In this document: one piece after another, positions 1-9,986 of the stretch
Layout: each line of letters opens with the position of its first letter
How positions within the stretch are numbered: position 1 is the stretch's first letter
Source: Candidatus Bathyarchaeia archaeon
GTDB taxonomy: Archaea > Thermoproteota > Bathyarchaeia > Bathyarchaeales > Bathycorpusculaceae
Direction of reading: 5' to 3'
DNA length: 64,000 nucleotides
Assembly (NCBI GenBank): GCA_050015395.1
Contig: JBEKBM010000016.1
Coordinates: 1-64,000, forward strand
Notes under the pieces: model-generated
What the model was told of the DNA's origin: nothing
What the model saw: the letters and a program-made list of their open reading frames with translations, nothing else
Database searches by the model: none
Program-made: the position numbers and the translations under genes

Positions 1-125
1 TGAAAAGCACCGTTCTGCATGCAAAGTGCGCGGTCTTCGCTCTATGCACATCTATGTTGAATCATATTTGAAGCATATTAGAAGCATCTAGTAGACCGGG
101 TAGGTAGGCTGAGCACACACAAATA
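1..125 (-). repeat. Dispersed ~125-bp non-coding repeat, copy A (inverted relative to copies B and C; may run off the window edge)
   Basis: Reverse complement of 52..97 is identical over 46 bp to 31263..31308; the reverse complement of 1..125 aligns end to end with 32477..32602. Confidence 0.9.
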
Positions 126-216
126 CCCTAAGACAAAAAACGAGAGCTAAATACATACAGTCTAGTAGTTTTAAATATTTAGAGTGTTACGTTACATTGA
201 CGTTAAAGGCATTAGA

Positions 217-448
217 ATGAGCATTGATGCCCGAAAAGTGCTTGAACAAGTTGAAGCGAAATACGGCTTGAAGCTGCCGAGAACAGTAATAACTGTAGAC
301 TATGACCAAGACATAGGCGACCTCTATACGTTTCAAAAACGCTGACACTACTGAAGGCGAACCAACAAGCGACGGAAAGACAATAATTCACTATGACAAA
401 AAAGGCAAAATAGCCGCCGTTGAAATCACAGACATAACCACACTTTAA
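217..448 (+). pseudogene. DUF2283-like small protein, frameshifted
   Basis: MSIDARKV...VDYDQDIGDLY continues in another frame as RFKNADTTEGEPTSDGKTIIHYDKKGKIAAVEITDITTL*; restoring 2 nt at ctctatacgt gives the DxLYIRF...YDKxGxIxxxEI DUF2283 pattern. Confidence 0.7.
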
Positions 449-493
449 ACCACTTTTAGAAAATGGTTGTAATATGTTTCTAAACATGTAGTT

Positions 494-1579
494 TTAAGCT
501 AAAATGTCCGTCAGTCTTTTCTGTTCTTTAGCCTCTTTTATTTCCATGGCTATACGTCTGCCCATGTACATGTTTTCGCCGTACTTCAAGTAAGCATACG
601 GTGAAGTGCCAATACCAACGTTCGTTCCGGCAACGATGCGAGCGGAAATCTCGAAAGTGAAAATTTTCAAGTCGTCGGTTATTACGGTTTCCAGGCAGAA
701 TGGGCCTATGATTCCTGGTGGTGCGAGCTCTCGGGCTTTCTTGTGGACGCTGTCTCCCATGCGCATCATTTCAGGCAATAGTGATTCGCGGAGTACGATT
801 GGGAAGTTGCCTACTACGGTGTAGGTGGGATTAACGTCTATCTCTAGCTGTTCGCTTGCAGGAATTTTGCCGATGGAATCCACGGCTGATTCGTAACGCC
901 TATCAACACAAAGCAATTCCACGTCGTCGTTTAGAATTGAGCTGAAGTAGCTAGGGTAAACGTTCACTCCCATTGCGTACTCTTGCAAGTGGATCTCACC
1001 TAAATCAGCTTCTTTAAGCAAGCCACGTTTCACCAACTCATTAAATTTCTTGTGAAACGCCTTTGGTGAATTAGCCAAGAAGTATCCTCTTCCGCCCTTT
1101 GCTCCTGGCAGTTTAGCGATGACTAAGCGGTCAATATCCTCAGGAGTTTTGAATGTTGCTGGCAAGCGTAGTCCAGCTTGTCTTAGCCATTCCTCCTGGG
1201 ATTTGCGGTTTGCTTCCCAGCGGAGCAATTGGCGGTTTCCAAACATGGGCACCAAAAGGCTATCAGTTAATTCCTCGGTGCTCAGGTAAGCGGTAAATGA
1301 GCCGTGTGGAATCAAAATGACGTTTAGCTTGCGCAGCCTTTCCTGCAACTGCTCATTTAAAAGTTCAGTAAAGTCTTTGACTATGATTAGCTCGTCGACA
1401 AGCGGGTATTTCTTGTACATTATAGCGTCTTTTTCTTTGCAGATGCATACTGTGCGGAAGCCTTCTTCTTTGGCGCCCTTGAAAATGTTCAGTGAACTGT
1501 GGGAGCCTAAAGTGCCGATAGCTAGCTTTTTCTGGTCGTATTTTTCAAGTATTTTGGCGACTTCCGTGCTGGTTATCAT
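494..1579 (-). CDS. purP: Formate-dependent AICAR transformylase PurP (ATP-grasp)
   Basis: IGTLGSHSSL, PHGSF, GAKGGRGYF, FEISARIVAGTN motifs; purine cluster context. Confidence 0.9.
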   Translation of the reverse strand: MITSTEVAKILEKYDQKKLAIGTLGSHSSLNIFKGAKEEGFRTVCICKEKDAIMYKKYPLVDELIIVKDFTELLNEQLQERLRKLNVILIPHGSFTAYLSTEELTDSLLVPMFGNRQLLRWEANRKSQEEWLRQAGLRLPATFKTPEDIDRLVIAKLPGAKGGRGYFLANSPKAFHKKFNELVKRGLLKEADLGEIHLQEYAMGVNVYPSYFSSILNDDVELLCVDRRYESAVDSIGKIPASEQLEIDVNPTYTVVGNFPIVLRESLLPEMMRMGDSVHKKARELAPPGIIGPFCLETVITDDLKIFTFEISARIVAGTNVGIGTSPYAYLKYGENMYMGRRIAMEIKEAKEQKRLTDILA

Positions 1580-2673
1580 GTTACCACTTCCGCAAGCCTG
1601 CCTTCCTTAAGGGCACGTTTAACTTCCATAGCAACGCGTCTGCCAGGACCAACTTCCACCCCATACTTGTACTTCATATATGGCGAAGTAGGCTCAACAC
1701 ATGGGCATCCTGGGACACGCGGGCTGACATCGAAAACGTAGAATTCCAAATCCTTGGTAACTGCGCCTTGCAATGCAAATAAGCCTATTATCCCTGGCGG
1801 ATACTCTTTCTTGCAAGTGTTAACGAATTTTTCTGCTGCCTCAAAGATTTTTTCGATTTGGCTCTCACGCATGGTGGCTCCCATGTGGCCGATTTCAATG
1901 TTTTGAGTTGGAATGTTTAGCTCTAACTGTTCTTGCGCTGGCAAATCCAGCACACCATCAAGGTCTGTTTGAATGCGCCTGTCAAAGCCTAAGAGGTCGA
2001 TTTCATCGGTTAAGGGGGACCAAAACAGGTTAGCATTGAATTTGGCGCCTATAACGTACTCCTCTATTACCGAGTTTTTCAGCGCTTCAGGAGTGATTAT
2101 GCCTTGTTTTATGCGTTGTTGCGCCGTTTTCTCGTACTCTTCAGGGGAAGAAGCGTAGAAAAAGGCTCGTTCAATTGCTCGTTCTTTTTCTGGAACTTTT
2201 ACGATTGCTAAACGGTCGATTTCGCTGGGTGACTTGAAGGTTTTAGGCGTTGCTATTCCAGCCTTCTGAAGGAGGTACAGCTGGTTTCTTGGTGTGTTGC
2301 GCTCTTCTGTCCTCAGCATGGCTCGGTTGCCCATCAAGGGTACGACAAACTGGTTCTCTATTGCCTCATAACCAGCGTAGACTGAGAATGAGCGGTTAGG
2401 AACAAAAACCGTGTTCAAATCAACCAGTTTTTTAACGTTCGCTTCGCTAGTTATCTCAGAAAATTTATCAAGCATCAGCACATGGTCAAAGAGGTTTCGG
2501 TAATATTTGGAGTAGGTTTTTTCTCTGCCCTTCTGGCATACGACTACGGTTTCTAAGCCTTCTTGTTTTGCGCCTGAAGCTATCTCAAGCGCCGAGTGGG
2601 AACCTAAAACTCCTATGCGAATTTTTTTCGAGTTGTATTTTTTTATTACTTGCTCAATTTTATTGTTCAACAT
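1576..2673 (-). CDS. PurP-like paralog (DUF1246/DUF1297 ATP-grasp)
   Basis: GVLGSHSALE, PNRSF, FDVSPRVPG, GRRVAMEVK; 4-nt overlap with purP. Confidence 0.85.
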   Translation of the reverse strand: MLNNKIEQVIKKYNSKKIRIGVLGSHSALEIASGAKQEGLETVVVCQKGREKTYSKYYRNLFDHVLMLDKFSEITSEANVKKLVDLNTVFVPNRSFSVYAGYEAIENQFVVPLMGNRAMLRTEERNTPRNQLYLLQKAGIATPKTFKSPSEIDRLAIVKVPEKERAIERAFFYASSPEEYEKTAQQRIKQGIITPEALKNSVIEEYVIGAKFNANLFWSPLTDEIDLLGFDRRIQTDLDGVLDLPAQEQLELNIPTQNIEIGHMGATMRESQIEKIFEAAEKFVNTCKKEYPPGIIGLFALQGAVTKDLEFYVFDVSPRVPGCPCVEPTSPYMKYKYGVEVGPGRRVAMEVKRALKEGRLAEVVT

Positions 2674-2675
2674 GC

Positions 2676-3728
2676 TTATTCCTTCATGTATTGCTTATAC
2701 TTCGCGATTACCTCTGAAAGCTTGGGTGCATCAAACAGTTTACGGCCAGTCATCTCGTTTGCCGCTGCCATGTACATTTCACTAATGATTGCTTTAAGCT
2801 GAGCGTCCAGCTTAGGAGGCTGCGATTTGCAGAGTGCCTTCCAGTCTTGTATGCCTTTGGCTTCAGCAGTTTTTTTCGCTTGCTCCAAATCCGCATACCA
2901 GCTTGTTTTCTTGTAGAATTGCCGGGTAACTTCCTTGCTTACATGCATGCCGTCATAAGTGAACCTGCACTCGTCAAGGGTTCCAACAACGTCAACTATC
3001 ATGAGCTTTCTTTTTTCGTCAAATGCTAACTCGATTTTTCCATCCTCATTCTTCAGCCCAGCTTTAGAGGCGACTTCGGTTATGGTTTCATCCGCCTTAA
3101 GCAGGACAGCTTTGACGTCGGCTAATTCTTGGTCACTTAAACCGGCGATTTTCTGGGCTTCCTGCCATGTGACGTAGCGGTCAGTTTCTTCAAGTTTGGT
3201 GCTAACGTCAAAAATTGGCTTAGCTAACTGTTCGCCTGGCTTGGGATAATGGTCTAAACCTAAATCTTTCAGAGTGATTTTTGCTTGTTCGAGCCGTTTG
3301 AAAACTGATGAGCCATCGGGCAAGCCATTTCTATAAATTATTTCAAGTGGAACCAGGCAGTTTTTTAGGTTAGGCGTGTAGATGTTGTAGTCATGCACGA
3401 TTTTTCCGTTAAGTACGCTTGTTTGTGGCTTGTAAACGTTAACTAAACTGACTTCCATGATGCTTGAGGGCTGCTTTAACTCGCTAAACTTGACGGCTTT
3501 GCCATCTGAGTCAACTAAACCTCTATAGTGAGTCTTAACCCCTTTCTTCTCTAATTGTTCAAAACAGTAAGCGCCCATAAGGCACAGAGCAGCCCCTTTA
3601 CCGTCAATGTGATCAGGCATTTCGCCCCAGTCAAAAACGCTATAGCGGTCTGAAAAGTGGAACCTGCCAATGCCCATGGCTTGCCTAGTTGGTTTCTTGA
3701 TTACTTCGAGGTCTTTTACGCTGCCCAT
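2676..3728 (-). CDS. purC: SAICAR synthetase
   Basis: MGSVKDL, FSDRYSVFD, STKLE, DGKIE, DVVGTLDECRF, SKE motifs. Confidence 0.92.
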   Translation of the reverse strand: MGSVKDLEVIKKPTRQAMGIGRFHFSDRYSVFDWGEMPDHIDGKGAALCLMGAYCFEQLEKKGVKTHYRGLVDSDGKAVKFSELKQPSSIMEVSLVNVYKPQTSVLNGKIVHDYNIYTPNLKNCLVPLEIIYRNGLPDGSSVFKRLEQAKITLKDLGLDHYPKPGEQLAKPIFDVSTKLEETDRYVTWQEAQKIAGLSDQELADVKAVLLKADETITEVASKAGLKNEDGKIELAFDEKRKLMIVDVVGTLDECRFTYDGMHVSKEVTRQFYKKTSWYADLEQAKKTAEAKGIQDWKALCKSQPPKLDAQLKAIISEMYMAAANEMTGRKLFDAPKLSEVIAKYKQYMKE

Positions 3729-3862
3729 TGCTGTTATCCCTATTTATCTTTAGTTCTAGCAGAGTATTCTATTTTAGCTTATATCAATTTAGTCGTAGCA
3801 TTCGCTATGTTAGCCACAAAACAAGGGGTTATACATCAATTAAAAATAGAATAAGATAAGGT

Positions 3863-4342
3863 TTACTTTAGTTTCTTTACTGATTCGTTGGCTTTTTCAA
3901 GCTCTTTCTTTTTTGCTGCTTGATAATTCTTAACTCTCTCAGCCATCTCGCTATCTCCCAAAGCAAAAATTTTCGCAACAGCAATTGCTGCACCTTCAGG
4001 CTCAATAGTTACTACGGAACCTATGCCGCTTGGCACTCTGAGCGAGGAGATAATGTCTGCTCCGCCGAATTTTTCACTGTAAGGGGGGCAAGCGATGACT
4101 GGTTTAGAAGTGTTACCATCTATGAAAGCGCTTAGAGCATTAGAGCGTCCGGCAACAGCAACGTAAACTAGCTTTTCGTTTTCGAATTCTTTTATTATTT
4201 CAATGACTTTTTCTGGAGTTTTATGCGCAGAAGCAACCCGAAACTCATAGCTAACTCCCAAAAGCTTAAGGTACTTTGCAATTTCTCGGGAAAAATCCAA
4301 GTCCCGCTCTGAACCCATAACAATTAATGCTTTTCCAGACAT
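3863..4342 (-). CDS. purE: AIR carboxylase / N5-CAIR mutase
   Basis: MGSERD, VASAHKTPE, AVAGRSNAL, PVIACPP, SSLRVPSG. Confidence 0.92.
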   Translation of the reverse strand: MSGKALIVMGSERDLDFSREIAKYLKLLGVSYEFRVASAHKTPEKVIEIIKEFENEKLVYVAVAGRSNALSAFIDGNTSKPVIACPPYSEKFGGADIISSLRVPSGIGSVVTIEPEGAAIAVAKIFALGDSEMAERVKNYQAAKKKELEKANESVKKLK

Positions 4343-4541
4343 GACTGGTTCCCAATAAATCTAACTGAAAACAGGCTAATTAACTAACCTATCGCAAACA
4401 CGCCTCAGCAGACATCATACAACGACATAGAAGAACAAACTATACAAAAACACAATTCATCCTCCCAACAAGTTGGGAAGGTCTTCTGGCTGACTTCTTG
4501 ATAAACCTAACCACTACCTATGTTTTGAAAAGAAAAGAATC

Positions 4542-5039
4542 TTAACCAAGCAAACTGAGCAAAATCTTCGTTAACTGTTCAGCTGCCGCTTGAACTTCAG
4601 CGGTTAAACCTTCACTAAACTCCGTACTCTTCGGCTCAATTAATAGTAAAGCAATTTTTGCTCCAGTCGCCTGCTTAACGTAATCACAGAAAATCCGCAG
4701 GGGCAACAAATGCGTCGTAACCGCCGAAAAATCCCCCATCTTTTCAGCATCGACCAAGCCGGCTTCCCCCGGATTTAAACCTAAAAAGGCAGCATCAATC
4801 AACAGCACATGCGTCGGGTTAAACTCCTCTATGTCTAACAGGTAGCTCTCTGGGACCGTTTCGCATTCGAGCAGGCAAACGGTTTCTGGCAACTTGCCTT
4901 TTAGTTGCTCAACGATTTTTAATCCTACATAATCGTCTGAGCGTATAGGATTCCCAATACCAGCTAGGACAACCTTCTTTGCCTCAGTTAACCAGTTTTT
5001 CAGTTCCTTTTCGATTCCCTCAGACAATGGAAGCACCAA
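4542..5039 (-). CDS. Hydrogenase maturation protease (HycI-type)
   Basis: GIGNPIRSDDYVG, ETVPE, IDAA, TTHLLPL; adjacent to hydrogenase genes. Confidence 0.88.
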   Translation of the reverse strand: MVLPLSEGIEKELKNWLTEAKKVVLAGIGNPIRSDDYVGLKIVEQLKGKLPETVCLLECETVPESYLLDIEEFNPTHVLLIDAAFLGLNPGEAGLVDAEKMGDFSAVTTHLLPLRIFCDYVKQATGAKIALLLIEPKSTEFSEGLTAEVQAAAEQLTKILLSLLG

Positions 5040-5106
5040 TTAAAAATGAATAAGCGTTAAAGCTAGAAAAAGTTTACCGCGTACATCTTGACAAAGACTA
5101 AGCTAA

Positions 5107-5616
5107 CTAAATGGCGGTAAACGTTTTACACCATTCCGTGATTTGTTTTTCAGATTCCTGTTTACTGGCTAAAGCATTAGTTACTGAGAGTTCTCCGAGG
5201 CAGTTAGAGTTAGGCATCAATGCTTTAGTTTGCTCAATAGCCCGTGGTTTTTTGCCTCCCTGCGCAAAGAAAACGGCAACTTTCTTGCCTGAAAGGTCGT
5301 TCTTCTTCAGGTAGGTGCGGATGGCGGGGCTTGGTCGTCCAGCCCAAACAGGGGTTCCAACGATTATTAGGTCGTAGCCTGCGGGTGATTTTGTGGTTGG
5401 GGCTATTTTGGTTTCTTTGCCTCGCCTAGCGTCGGAACCGCCGCTAAGAAAGCCAAATGCGCCGCTTCGCTTTTTTAGGTCGATAACTTCTTCGATGTCA
5501 GCGCCGACTTCTGCCGCTATGGTTTCAGCGACGAAGCGCGCGTTACCAGTTCGGGAATAGTAAACAACAAGAGTCTTCAATTTTAATCCAGCCAACAAAG
5601 CTGTATTGAGAAGCAA
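5107..5616 (-). CDS. Flavodoxin family protein (true start probably nearer LKTLVVYYS)
   Basis: VYYSRTGNA FMN-binding loop; YDLIIVGTPVWAG. Confidence 0.85.
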   Translation of the reverse strand: MLLNTALLAGLKLKTLVVYYSRTGNARFVAETIAAEVGADIEEVIDLKKRSGAFGFLSGGSDARRGKETKIAPTTKSPAGYDLIIVGTPVWAGRPSPAIRTYLKKNDLSGKKVAVFFAQGGKKPRAIEQTKALMPNSNCLGELSVTNALASKQESEKQITEWCKTFTAI

Positions 5617-5699
5617 TCGCTTATAAGATTTGCCTTGAAGACAATGAACCGAGTGAACAATAAAATAAAAAAGATTGCCCTTAAGAAAAATGGGCTAAA

Positions 5700-7154
5700 T
5701 TAACGTTTTACTGTGCTGATTAACTGTTTTTCAACGTTGAAGACTTCAACAGTTAGCGGCATTTGTCCGACTGCAAAATGTGTTGCGCATCCGAAGCATG
5801 GGTCATAAGCTCGGAAAGCCATTTCAACCATGTTTAGTATGCCTTGGTCAACTTTGCCGTTGTGGATTAAGCCTTTGGCTGCGTCACGTATGCTCATGCA
5901 TATTGCTGGGTAATTGTTTGTGGTTGCAACGATTAGGTTTACGTCTTTGACAAGTGCATCTTTGTCTAATGTGTAGTGGTGAATCAACGTGCCTCTTGCA
6001 GCCTCCACTATGCCAACGCCTTCGCCTGGTTCTCCAGGCTTGTTGCGGACGTTTGTGCTGGTGATTTCTGGGTCTTTGACTAGCTCCATGGTTCTTTCTG
6101 TGGCGTAGAGTAGCTCGATTAGTCGTGCCCAGTGGAAAGCCAGTGTGCTGTGGACTGGTTTGCCGCCTAAGGTCTTGTACATTACTTCGTATTCTGCCTG
6201 CGCTAAGGGTGTTGCCATACCGTCAGAAGCGTTTAATCGTCCAAGTGGACCAACACGGTAAACACCGCTGTCTGCGCCTGCAACTTGGCCTTTCCAGCCT
6301 ACTGCTTTGAGGTATGGGAACTTGCTGTATGTCCATTCTTCGACGTGTTCGCCGATGTGTTTGAGGTAGTCTTTTGATTCGAACTTGAGGAATTCTTTGC
6401 CGGTTGGGTCTACAACGCGGATTTTGCCGTCGTAAAAGTTTACTTTGTTGTTTTTGTCAACTGTGCCCATGTAGTAGGTTGGCATTGTGTAGGCTTGGCT
6501 TTTGATTAGGTCAACATATTTAGTGTTGCCTAAAACAATGTCATGGAAAAGTTTGAGTGTGAACTGTGCAAAGTTTACGCATGAAGAAGCCATTTTCTCG
6601 ATTTCTTGCCTGTTTTCCTCGCTTAGTGGCTTGGAGATTCCGCCAGGTAGTCCGCAGACTGGGTGGGTTGCTTTTCCACCGATTATTTCAGTTATTTTTT
6701 GCCCGTAAGCTCTGTGCTTTATAACTTCTTTTGCAACTGGCATACCGGCTTTCTCGATGACGCCGAGTATGTTGCGTTTTTCTGGCGGTGCATCTGGTCC
6801 AACTATGAAGTCTGGTCCGCCGAGGAAGTAGAAGTGGAGTATGTGGTCGTAGATATAGTAGCCGCTGTACATTAGCTCGCGAAGTTTCTTAGCGGCTGAG
6901 GGGGGTTCAACATTGAATGCTGCGTCTAAGGCTTTTGTTGCTGCAAAATGATGAGCTACAGGACAGACACCGCAGATTCTTGTTGTGAGCTGCGGCATAA
7001 GTTCGGCTCTTCGGCCAATGCAGAATTTCTCGAATCCTCTAAGTTCTGGAATTTTAAGGTAAGCATTTTCTACTTCGCCTTCGTCGTTGAGGAATATGGA
7101 TACGTTTCCATGTCCTTCAAGACGTGTGATTGGGTCTATAACTATTTCTTTCAT
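5700..7154 (-). CDS. mvhA: [NiFe] hydrogenase large subunit, group 3c (MvhA)
   Basis: TRLEGHG, RGFEKF, L1 RICGVC, L2 RAYDPCFGCATH with cleavable C-terminal tail; follows mvhG/hdrBC. Confidence 0.9.
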   Translation of the reverse strand: MKEIVIDPITRLEGHGNVSIFLNDEGEVENAYLKIPELRGFEKFCIGRRAELMPQLTTRICGVCPVAHHFAATKALDAAFNVEPPSAAKKLRELMYSGYYIYDHILHFYFLGGPDFIVGPDAPPEKRNILGVIEKAGMPVAKEVIKHRAYGQKITEIIGGKATHPVCGLPGGISKPLSEENRQEIEKMASSCVNFAQFTLKLFHDIVLGNTKYVDLIKSQAYTMPTYYMGTVDKNNKVNFYDGKIRVVDPTGKEFLKFESKDYLKHIGEHVEEWTYSKFPYLKAVGWKGQVAGADSGVYRVGPLGRLNASDGMATPLAQAEYEVMYKTLGGKPVHSTLAFHWARLIELLYATERTMELVKDPEITSTNVRNKPGEPGEGVGIVEAARGTLIHHYTLDKDALVKDVNLIVATTNNYPAICMSIRDAAKGLIHNGKVDQGILNMVEMAFRAYDPCFGCATHFAVGQMPLTVEVFNVEKQLISTVKR

Positions 7155-8140
7155 TTTTTAATCACCTTTCTTTTTAGAATTGAAGCTGGAAGCGAGTACA
7201 TGTAGAATGTTCCAACTGGATCTTTCACTTGGCTCATCAACGTCTCAATCTCTTTTTCAGTGTACTTGGTTTTGCCTGGTTCACCATCATATCCGAGTAT
7301 TGAAGCTAAAGCAGTAATCATTGCTGCTCCTTGCTCTGGCACGTTCGGAGCTGGTCCACCGCAACCTGTGCAGGGCATGTCAACGTTTAAGCATTGAGCG
7401 CCGCAGCCGCTTCTGGTTGCAAGTCCCATGCAGAGGATGCCTTGTTCAAGGAGGCATTTTTCTGGTTCAGGAGCTTTCTCGTAGACTCGGCAGATTTTGC
7501 CGATTTTTTTGTTTTCGCGTTTTCTTGGGCATTCGTCGCATACTGCTTTGAGTGGTGCGAGTACTGAGCCTTTTGGCGGTAGCTTGTTGCTTGCTATCGC
7601 GTCTACTGCCGCGGCGATTAGTTTGACTGGTGGCGGGCAACCTGGCAGATAATAGTCTACGTCTACTGTTTGCGCTAAGGTTTTTACTGTGTCGTAGAAT
7701 TCTGGGATTTTGAGGGTGCCTTCTTTAACTTGAGTTTGAGTTTTAGGCGTAACTGCTTGGGGGTTTATGTTTGATTTGTCTTTAATGTAAACTTGATCGA
7801 AAATTTCTTTTTTATTATGTAAGTTTGCTAATCCCGGGACGCTTCCTTGGTGGGCGCATGCGCCGAAAGCAACAAGAGTTTTAGATTTTTGCCTCAGTAC
7901 CTTGGCCATGTGTTCTTGTTCGGAGTTGCGTATTGAACCGTTGAAGAATGTTATGTCAATGGACTTTTCAGGCATCGCTTCAACATCTTTGTACTTGATG
8001 TCGATGGCTACTGGCCAGAATACTATGTCGGCTAATTGTACTACGTCAAGGATTTTCTCGTTTAAGTCTAAGACGGCTATTTCGCAGCCGCCGCAACTTG
8101 CAGCCCAGTAAAAAGCTATTTTTAACTTGTTTTTACTCAT
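7151..8140 (-). CDS. mvhG: [NiFe] hydrogenase small subunit MvhG (copy 1)
   Basis: ASCGGC, FGACA, PGCPP, CDEC...CLLEQG.LCMG..TRSGC...C...PCTGC. Confidence 0.9.
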   Translation of the reverse strand: MSKNKLKIAFYWAASCGGCEIAVLDLNEKILDVVQLADIVFWPVAIDIKYKDVEAMPEKSIDITFFNGSIRNSEQEHMAKVLRQKSKTLVAFGACAHQGSVPGLANLHNKKEIFDQVYIKDKSNINPQAVTPKTQTQVKEGTLKIPEFYDTVKTLAQTVDVDYYLPGCPPPVKLIAAAVDAIASNKLPPKGSVLAPLKAVCDECPRKRENKKIGKICRVYEKAPEPEKCLLEQGILCMGLATRSGCGAQCLNVDMPCTGCGGPAPNVPEQGAAMITALASILGYDGEPGKTKYTEKEIETLMSQVKDPVGTFYMYSLPASILKRKVIKK

Positions 8141-9029
8141 TTTTGTTTACTCCCTCAGTTACTTGTTTTAGTATTTTTGATGCGTTTACTCGGAGTTCGT
8201 TGAAGGCTAATTCTTCTGGAGTCATGCCCATTGCTAACCCGAGTAGTTGTGGGTAATGGAGAATTGGAATGCCATAGGTTTCATTAAACATTTTCTCTAT
8301 TCGCAACTCGTTTGTATCATACATTATGTGGCAAAACGGACAAATCGTGATTAACGCTTGAGCATCAACCATTTTCACGTGGTTTAGCTTGTCTCTGGCG
8401 AGCTGCAGTGCAATTTTGTCGCTGACTCCGACGCTTGGTGCTCCACAGCATTCTGTTTCATCGATGTAGTCTAGGCATGTGGCTCCTGTGGCTTCGATGA
8501 GCATCTTGAGGGTTTGCGGGTCTTCCGGGTCGTCAAAGCCGATATATTCTTTGGGTCTTAGAATGTGACAGCCGTTGTGTTCAGCGACTTTGAGCATAGT
8601 AAGCGGTTTTACAACTGAGGCTTTTATCTTTTCTACGCCAACATCTTCCTTAAGCAGTTGCAAGAGGTGCTTTGCCTCGATGGTTCCTTTAAATTCTAAT
8701 CCTACTTCTTTGAGGTGACAGTTAATTTGCTCTTTTAATGCTTTGTCTTCTTTTAGAATCTTGTTAACTTTCTTTAATGTACCAGCACAACCTGGGCACA
8801 AAGTGAGAATATTCAATTCTTGTTGTTCTGCCAATGCCAAGTTTTTCGCCGCTAAAATAAGCATGGTTTCATGGCTTACTGGATCTAACGGTAAACCGCA
8901 ACAGTTGAATTCTGGCATTTCAACCAGTTCAACGCCAAGTTTAGCGAGCACTTTGCGTGCGGAAATCTCGTAAGCTGAAACGCGGTACGGGATAGCGCAT
9001 CCAAGAAATATGAGGTATTTATTGGGCAT
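8133..9029 (-). CDS. hdrB: Heterodisulfide reductase subunit B (copy 1)
   Basis: Two CCG domains: LGC..FNCCG..CPGC and HNGCH..TECCG..CPFC; start taken at ATG 9029. Confidence 0.9.
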   Translation of the reverse strand: MPNKYLIFLGCAIPYRVSAYEISARKVLAKLGVELVEMPEFNCCGLPLDPVSHETMLILAAKNLALAEQQELNILTLCPGCAGTLKKVNKILKEDKALKEQINCHLKEVGLEFKGTIEAKHLLQLLKEDVGVEKIKASVVKPLTMLKVAEHNGCHILRPKEYIGFDDPEDPQTLKMLIEATGATCLDYIDETECCGAPSVGVSDKIALQLARDKLNHVKMVDAQALITICPFCHIMYDTNELRIEKMFNETYGIPILHYPQLLGLAMGMTPEELAFNELRVNASKILKQVTEGVNKNE

Positions 9030-9576
9030 TCGGTTGTTCTCCTGCTGGTTTTTGGACTGTTTCAACGAATTTTACGCCTTTGAGCGCTTTCCGCACGTTC
9101 TCCGGATTGCCTTTCGGCAGTGGCGGTAAACATTGCGATTCACGTTTTTTGATTCTTAACTCAGGAATCTTGTAAGCGTAGCCTGATTCAAGCAGGCTTG
9201 CGGCTTGCTCTTTGAAAACTTGAGGTATGCAGCCATTTTCCGCGGCTAAATTGCGCAATACGCGGATTACACTCGCCACTTCAACGTCTTGTGGACAGCG
9301 GTCTGTGCATGTGAAGCAGGCTGCGCATAACCATAATGTGTCGCTTTTGAGGACACGGTCGCGAAGACCAAGTTGAGCCATGTGAATTAGGGTTCTTGGA
9401 CGGTAACTATCGCTGTATCTTGCAACTGGACAGTCTGAAGTGCATGTTCCACATTGGAAACATTTGAGAATTTTTTCGCTTCCGTGCATTTTAAGCAGTT
9501 CATACTTAAATTTCGGGTCTAACTCGGAAGCTCTTATAGGCTCTTTGCCTGATGTTGTTACTGCTGTCTCAGTCAT
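9019..9576 (-). CDS. hdrC: Heterodisulfide reductase subunit C (copy 1)
   Basis: [12 protein letters not shown] and [14 protein letters not shown] 2x[4Fe-4S] motifs. Confidence 0.9.
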   Translation of the reverse strand: MTETAVTTSGKEPIRASELDPKFKYELLKMHGSEKILKCFQCGTCTSDCPVARYSDSYRPRTLIHMAQLGLRDRVLKSDTLWLCAACFTCTDRCPQDVEVASVIRVLRNLAAENGCIPQVFKEQAASLLESGYAYKIPELRIKKRESQCLPPLPKGNPENVRKALKGVKFVETVQKPAGEQPNAQ

Positions 9577-9986
9577 TTGAATTTCACTTTGACTGGTTTC
9601 GATAGCACCATAGTGCTTATTTTACTCACAATTCCCAAGTCAAATAAATAAAGGTTCAGTCAAGGCTTAGAGGATTCTTCCGTAATTTACGTGCGTTTTT
9701 CCTTGTTTTGCTATGAAAATTATCAATATAATGGAAAGAAATTTTCATGTCGCTTCTATGAACGCTTGCGTTATAAACTTTTTATAAAAATGTTTTGGGT
9801 TAGTAATTTGAGGTTTGGGGCTGTCTTCCAATTTAGCTTATGTACCTTAGCGTTCGGAGAATACTAAAGTCCCCTTATCTTACCCAAGTGCTTGGTCTCT
9901 GCTAGAGCTTTTAAGTTCTCCACAGAATACAAAAAGTAAACAAGAACAAAAGAGAAAAAAATAAAAAACAGCAAACAAGATGCTGC

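Noticed and set aside
212-487. 91-aa minus-strand ORF
   Set aside because: Antisense to the better-supported DUF2283 pseudogene
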